Shown here piece after piece: positions 59,419 through 64,000 of a stretch of DNA of 64,000 nucleotides. The position numbers and the translations under genes are program-made. The DNA is from an uncultured Chloroflexia bacterium (lineage in GTDB: Bacteria; Chloroflexota; Anaerolineae; Anaerolineales; UBA4823), in assembly GCA_963788305.1 (NCBI GenBank), contig CAWBGK010000016.1, positions 119,500 to 183,499 of the forward strand, in the 5' to 3' direction. Each line of letters opens with the position of its first letter. The stretch's first letter is position 1. The notes below the pieces were generated by a model. That model was not told the DNA's origin. It was given only the letters and a program-made list of their open reading frames with translations, and searched no databases.

Positions 59419-60117
59419 CTACCTCACAATCCCACCATAGCGATTTCGCTTATTTAAAGTATCAGCCAGCTTCCTTGCAACCATGTCAGCAAGTCTGTCG
59501 ATGTCTTCATCATTCCTGACAACCGGGTTATTTATCGATACATTGATTGTTGCCCCACAACCAAGGCCACCGAGCTTGTCATTCGGGATAATCGTGCCGG
59601 TTACACTTGGAACGAATATCTCCGGGCCAAGCTCGCCAACGAGGAGCGTACTGCCCATTGAGACAGGGCCTCCTGCTGCTTTTGGTTTAGGGGCAGGAGG
59701 CAGAGTTATATTATTTGCCGTGCTTACTGCCTCTTGCAAAACCTTAATAAGAGTCTGTGCGGAAGATGTTGCGTTCCGAATTGCTGCTTGCACACGACCA
59801 AAGCCGCTGATCAGAGCATTAAGCGACCCTCCGTTAAGTGAACCAATGCCTTTCTGCAGCCCACCAACCGCCGTGACCGCCAGCTTTATGGCATTGGTGA
59901 CGTTGGTCACGCCGCCCTTGACCTCTTCTAGTTTTCCTTTTGCGGAAGAGGCCATCTGCTCAACGGCCCCCTTCACCTTCTCAACCTCGGCCTTCATTTT
60001 TTCGAAAACCGACAACCAGGCTGACTTAACCGCTGAAGACGCCGACTGCATCGTCGATGTAATAGATGATGTAAACGCCTGCGCAGCCGCCGTCACTTCT
60101 TGCAGCTGGGCTTTCAA
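59419..60117 (-). CDS. Tape-measure C-terminal-like segment (separated from the main TMP frames by stops at 60250-60256)
   Basis: It ends with GGPVSMGSTLLVGELGPEIFVPSVTGTIIPN, the usual TMP C-terminal motif. The frame is open upstream to a TAA at 60250. Confidence 0.5.
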   Translation of the reverse strand: MKAQLQEVTAAAQAFTSSITSTMQSASSAVKSAWLSVFEKMKAEVEKVKGAVEQMASSAKGKLEEVKGGVTNVTNAIKLAVTAVGGLQKGIGSLNGGSLNALISGFGRVQAAIRNATSSAQTLIKVLQEAVSTANNITLPPAPKPKAAGGPVSMGSTLLVGELGPEIFVPSVTGTIIPNDKLGGLGCGATINVSINNPVVRNDEDIDRLADMVARKLADTLNKRNRYGGIVR

Positions 60118-60253
60118 ACCGCCCAGGCCAAAATCTTGAGCGCCCTGGCTTTTCTGACCACCACTTTGATTTTTCGGGGCACCGCCTTGACCCTTACTCT
60201 GGTCGGGCTGGCCACTCCCTGCTGAAAGCTGACCAATAGCGGAAACGGCTTAC

Positions 60254-63200
60254 TCAACCGCTGCGGCCACGCCTTCCAGGGTTGTCTTTAACTTCCAGGG
60301 CTTTCGTGTTAAGCTGGTCAAGCGCCGTCAAAAACGGGTCAAGCAGCTCCGGCTTGATCTCTTCAATGGTCTCTGCGATGTCGAGAAACTGATCCTCGAT
60401 CTTCACCAGCACATCCCAGAGATCGACCAGATATACCTTGAGGATATCGAACTTCTTGTAGAGCGTCTCCATCAGCAGAATAAGTCTATTGTAAAGAAAC
60501 TCTACAGTTGTCTTGATGAAGTTGTAAACCGGCGTATAAATCTTGAGCATCATCACGCCGAGGGTTGAAAACGCCTGCTTCATCGTTTCAATTGATCTAA
60601 GAACAGCCGCCTGGATGAGCTCCATGTCCTTTTGGGTCTGCGCTACCATATCCTCAGTAAAGCTGAAATTCTTATTTCCGCCTTTCTTTGCCCCGCCCTG
60701 TCCGTTGATCCCTTTGCCTTTATTCCTTTCCGGAGCAAGTTCTCCAAGCCCGAAAATGCCTCTGGCCGCATCGACGATCTGCGACCCAATGCTGGTGACC
60801 TTCCCAATAACAGCACCCACCATCGAATCCAGGCCAACGATGATCCCGTTAATAATTTCTACTCCGAAGCCCCTAAACACTTCAGATGGGCTGGAAATTC
60901 CCAGCAAGGATTTGAAGGCATCGAGCGCTGATTGGGCAACCTCACCTACAGCCGCCGTCACAGAAGAAATTGCGGACTTGAGCCCTTCGACGATCCCCAT
61001 CGCCAGGTCTCTGCCAGCTTGAACCCATTCTCTTATTTTCTCGGTTACCGCAGCAATGGCATCGGCCATCCCATCCCGTACCGTTGAGACAATGTCGGCC
61101 ATCATGTCCGGGACGATAGAACCACCGACCAATTCCTGGTACAGGTTGGTAAAGAACTCGATAACCCCTTTACAAAACCCTCAACAAACCCAAGAAGAGC
61201 CCCGATTGAAGTCTGCCACACGCCAATAATGACCTGCCAGATCCCGCCGAGGATCTGCCAGGCTGCGTCGTTCAGTTTCGTAAAGGCCTCTTCAATAAGA
61301 GCCGTATTCCCGGTCACGATGCCTTTAATGAGCTCGAAAGTCCCCACTAATGAATTGATAATCCCGGAGACGATGTTCATAATTCCGGTAACAACCCGGA
61401 CAACCCCGGTGAAAAATGTTGTAAGTCCGGTTAGCAACCCGGTGATTACCCCAAGCGCCATGACGAATGCTGCCAGCAGTACACCGGCGACAAACGAAGC
61501 GATCATGGAGAGCAGGGGGGTAAAAGGCTTCAGCGCTTCGATCAAATTTCCGAAAGCATCCTTCAGCGGCCCAAGCGCACCCTTGAAGTTGTCGAACTTT
61601 GGCTTTAGCTGGTCAATCACCGACCCTATCGCTTGCCCGGCAGATGTGAAAATCGCAGAAATAAGCGCCCACCCGGTTCTGAAACTTCCCTCAACGGATT
61701 TCCACTTTGTCTCGACAAAATCGATAATGCCCTGAAGCTGGGGGGCATCGCAATACCGCCACCTCCACCGCCCCCCTGGAAAAGGGCAAGGAACTCATTC
61801 CACTTCGTCTCAATCTCAGTAAACGCACCGACGACCTTGTCCTTCATCTCCCTGACCTGCTCGCCAATCTCGTAGAACTGGTTGTGCCGATCAGCCGGGC
61901 CGCCTTTTCTGTCCCAGAACTTTGTCGGGTTCTCCGATCGCTTCCCGTTAAACCCGTCCAGGAAAGCCTGGAGCGCACGTCTTCCGTCGTCGAGGCTCTC
62001 CTTTACGCTAAATACCTTATTCCTGATCTCATCAAACTGCGCACCAGCCTGTTCAAGCTGGTTTTCTAAAGCATCAAACATGCCCCCGCCGCCGCCTCCA
62101 CCGCCGCCTCCCATTTCGCTCATGGACTCGACTCATCTCTTCCATGGACTTAGAGACGTTTTTCAGCGTGTCTGCGATCTGCTGATAAATATCACGCTGT
62201 TCCTGGAGAGCATCAATGGTCGACTGTCTGGAAGTCAAGCTGCGCCTTTAGCTCATCGGATTGCTCGCTTAGCGCTTCCTCTTCTTCATCCAGCCCGGAA
62301 AGACCGTCATCCCGGTTGCGCTGGGCTTCACGGATTGCGGCGATCTTGTCCTGAAGCGACATGTTGCCTGCGCCAATCGCCCTGACTTCTGCCTCATAGT
62401 CCCGGCCGACTTCCTTTCGCTCTTTTTCAATATTCTTCAGGCGCTCCTGGATGGCGTTGTATTGGATCCAGACTCGGGTCAGGTCTTTGACCTTCTCACC
62501 CATTTCTCCAAGGCCAGAGATAATGCTGTCGAGCAGGCCTTCATCAAATACACCAGTCGTGTTGAAGCCTGAGATCAATTTGGCAAGCCCTTCCCTGGCA
62601 CCTGCAGATTTCTTCAAAGCCCCGGCGAGAGCATTCCCCTCCAGACCTTTCGTCAGCATATCCTGGATCATTGAGCCAACCCCGGACAGGATTTCAAAGT
62701 CCGCCTGATTAAAGCCCTGCAGGTAGGCATTCATAACGCTGATGCCCCACTTATCGATTGTAGACAGCGGGCCTTTCTTCGGAGGCGAGAAACCCTTGAA
62801 GAACGATGCAATCATGTTGGCGACTTTTGAAATGGCTGCCGAAATAAACCGCACTGCACCTGCCAGGAATCCGTTTGCAATCTGAGCCGCAAGGTTCTGC
62901 CCCCAGGCTTGTGCTGAAGATGCAAGCCGTGTAAAGAACCCGGCAATGTCAACCCCTACCTTCTGCAGGGCAATCATCAGTAGGGTCATCCCACCAATTA
63001 CAAGCCCGGGAATACCCAGTAACGCCCTACCTGCAAAAGCTGCAACCGTGCCAAGCTGTCCCAGGGCCGAAATCATCACCACGATCAGACGGGTGGCCTG
63101 GCCGAAGCCGAGGGCAATCAGAGTGACAGCGTGGAGCATCTGCCCAAAGAACATCAGCAGCGGACCGATCACCACGATCAGCCCGGCGATGGCTATGGTT

Positions 63201-64000
63201 TGAAGCTGAACCACTTTCGGGAGCGCAGCAAATTTCTGAGCCAGCATCTGGACCGCAGGGATTGCGACCTTCACGACTTCGTTGATCACCGGGAGCAGGG
63301 TGTCTCCGATTGTGATCCCGGCGTCTATGACATTGTTTTTCAGCATTGCAAGCTGGTTCTTTGTGGATGTCATCGCCCGCTCGTACTCTTCGATCAGCGA
63401 CTTCTGCGCCACCCACTCTCCACGAGCCTGCTTCAGGCTGTCTCGCAGCAGGTCTACGTTGCTCTTCAAGGCCGCCATGCCTCGACCTCCACGCAGATCA
63501 GCGATTCCCATAAGGGCCAGCATGGAACCAATCTGGTCTTCGCTCTTGCTGGCTGCGTCCAGGATATCCAGAAAGACCTGGACAGAATCTGTGCCCATCT
63601 TTTGAAGAACCTTATCGGCAGAGGAATAGTCTTCCGAGTACCCGGACATCGCCTCTGAAACTTTTTCTGCGTTCCTGGCAACATAAATCGACATGTTCTT
63701 CAGAGCCGTGCCAGCCTCATTGGCACTCAAGCCAACGCTGACCGTGGCCGCCGCAAAAGCTGCGGCGTCTGCAGCGGAAACATTCAATGCCTTCGCAAAA
63801 GGAGCGAACTCCGTCACGGCTGTGATGATCTCCTGCGCAGTCGCAGCCGTCTTGTTCTCCAACACGTTGATGACGTTGGCAAGCTTTTCGACTTCCTCGG
63901 CAGACGTACCAAGGTTCCAGCCGAATGCATTAGCGATCTTTCCGAGCGAAGACGCCACCTCGGTACCGCTCATGTCCGTTGCGACCGCAAACATCTGGAC
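60254..64000 (-). CDS. Tail tape measure protein (TP901-type core); the N-terminus is off the window. At least four frame disruptions (about 62215, 62130, 61760 and 61165).
   Basis: The TP901-like core is in ORF 62213..63994 (TAATAQEIITAVTEFAPFAKALNVSAADAAAFAAATVSVGLSANEAGTALKN). TM-like Gly/Ala/Val-rich segments lie in 61102..61620. The fragments 61626..62123 and 60254..61132 read through by eye. Confidence 0.75.

Larger units (their letters stand above)
44818..64000. mobile_element. Prophage (siphovirus-like), integrase-proximal arm. The right end lies outside the window.
   Basis: A tyrosine integrase lies directly 3' of tRNA-Asn. It is followed by lysis genes, a giant tail fibre, tail proteins and a TP901-type tape measure, all on the minus strand. 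Confidence 0.75.

Noticed and set aside
59483-60139. 218-aa plus-strand ORF opposite the tape-measure C-terminal segment (and 61229..61735, 61882..62385, 60543..61022)
   Set aside because: They are antisense shadows with Ser/Pro/Thr-rich low-complexity sequence. The sense strand carries TMP motifs.
61740-62110. Poly-Gly-encoding tracts as phase-variable simple sequence repeats
   Set aside because: The DNA is a mix of GGA/GGC/GGT/GGG codons rather than a perfect mono- or dinucleotide repeat, apart from one C7 run. There is no evidence for programmed switching.

Overview
This is a 64-kb bacterial chromosomal window. The gene content (TadE/TadG pseudopilins with Pro/Thr linkers, a giant multi-GAF kinase, DUF4388, UPF0261) is reminiscent of filamentous Chloroflexota, but the taxon cannot be proven from sequence alone. 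Layout, left to right: (1) 1-6373, a minus-strand four-gene Tad-like pseudopilin/adhesin operon: TadE-like, TadG-vWA, TadE-like with three repeat modules, and a CSLREA beta-helix protein. (2) An SRP RNA (ffs) at about 6558-6670 with its own promoter; the ORF track cannot show it. (3) A Tat-signal molybdopterin-oxidoreductase-like protein. (4) A UPF0261 gene flanked by two PEP-hydrolase-like TIM-barrel paralogs. (5) tRNA-Ser(GGA) next to a decayed GH1 beta-glucosidase. (6) A housekeeping block: thiolase, folK, folP, aconitase, surE and DUF3048/DUF2085/DUF4126 membrane proteins. (7) A TPP-riboswitch-controlled thiamine salvage operon (TPK-thiB-thiP-thiQ). (8) 29.9-43.0 kb, an eight-gene same-strand signalling operon: DUF4388-wHTH, CvnD-type small GTPase, a/b hydrolase, hexapeptide-repeat protein, REC-degenerate-GGDEF, a 2450-aa multi-GAF histidine kinase, CheY, and a Ser-less a/b hydrolase paralog. 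This is my best candidate for an undescribed system. (9) An ISNCY/IS1202-like insertion sequence with a 26-bp flanking direct repeat. (10) tRNA-Asn(GTT) with a consensus promoter. From about 44.8 kb to the window end lies the integrase-proximal arm of a siphovirus-like prophage: integrase, M23 endolysin, an insulated accessory (moron) block with a metallophosphoesterase and DUF4326, LL-H-type holin, a 1532-aa repeat-rich tail fibre, tail proteins, and a tape measure running off the window. About two dozen frame disruptions interrupt otherwise recognisable genes, including aconitase. They are unevenly distributed, and assembly indels are the default explanation. No CRISPR array or rRNA was seen.
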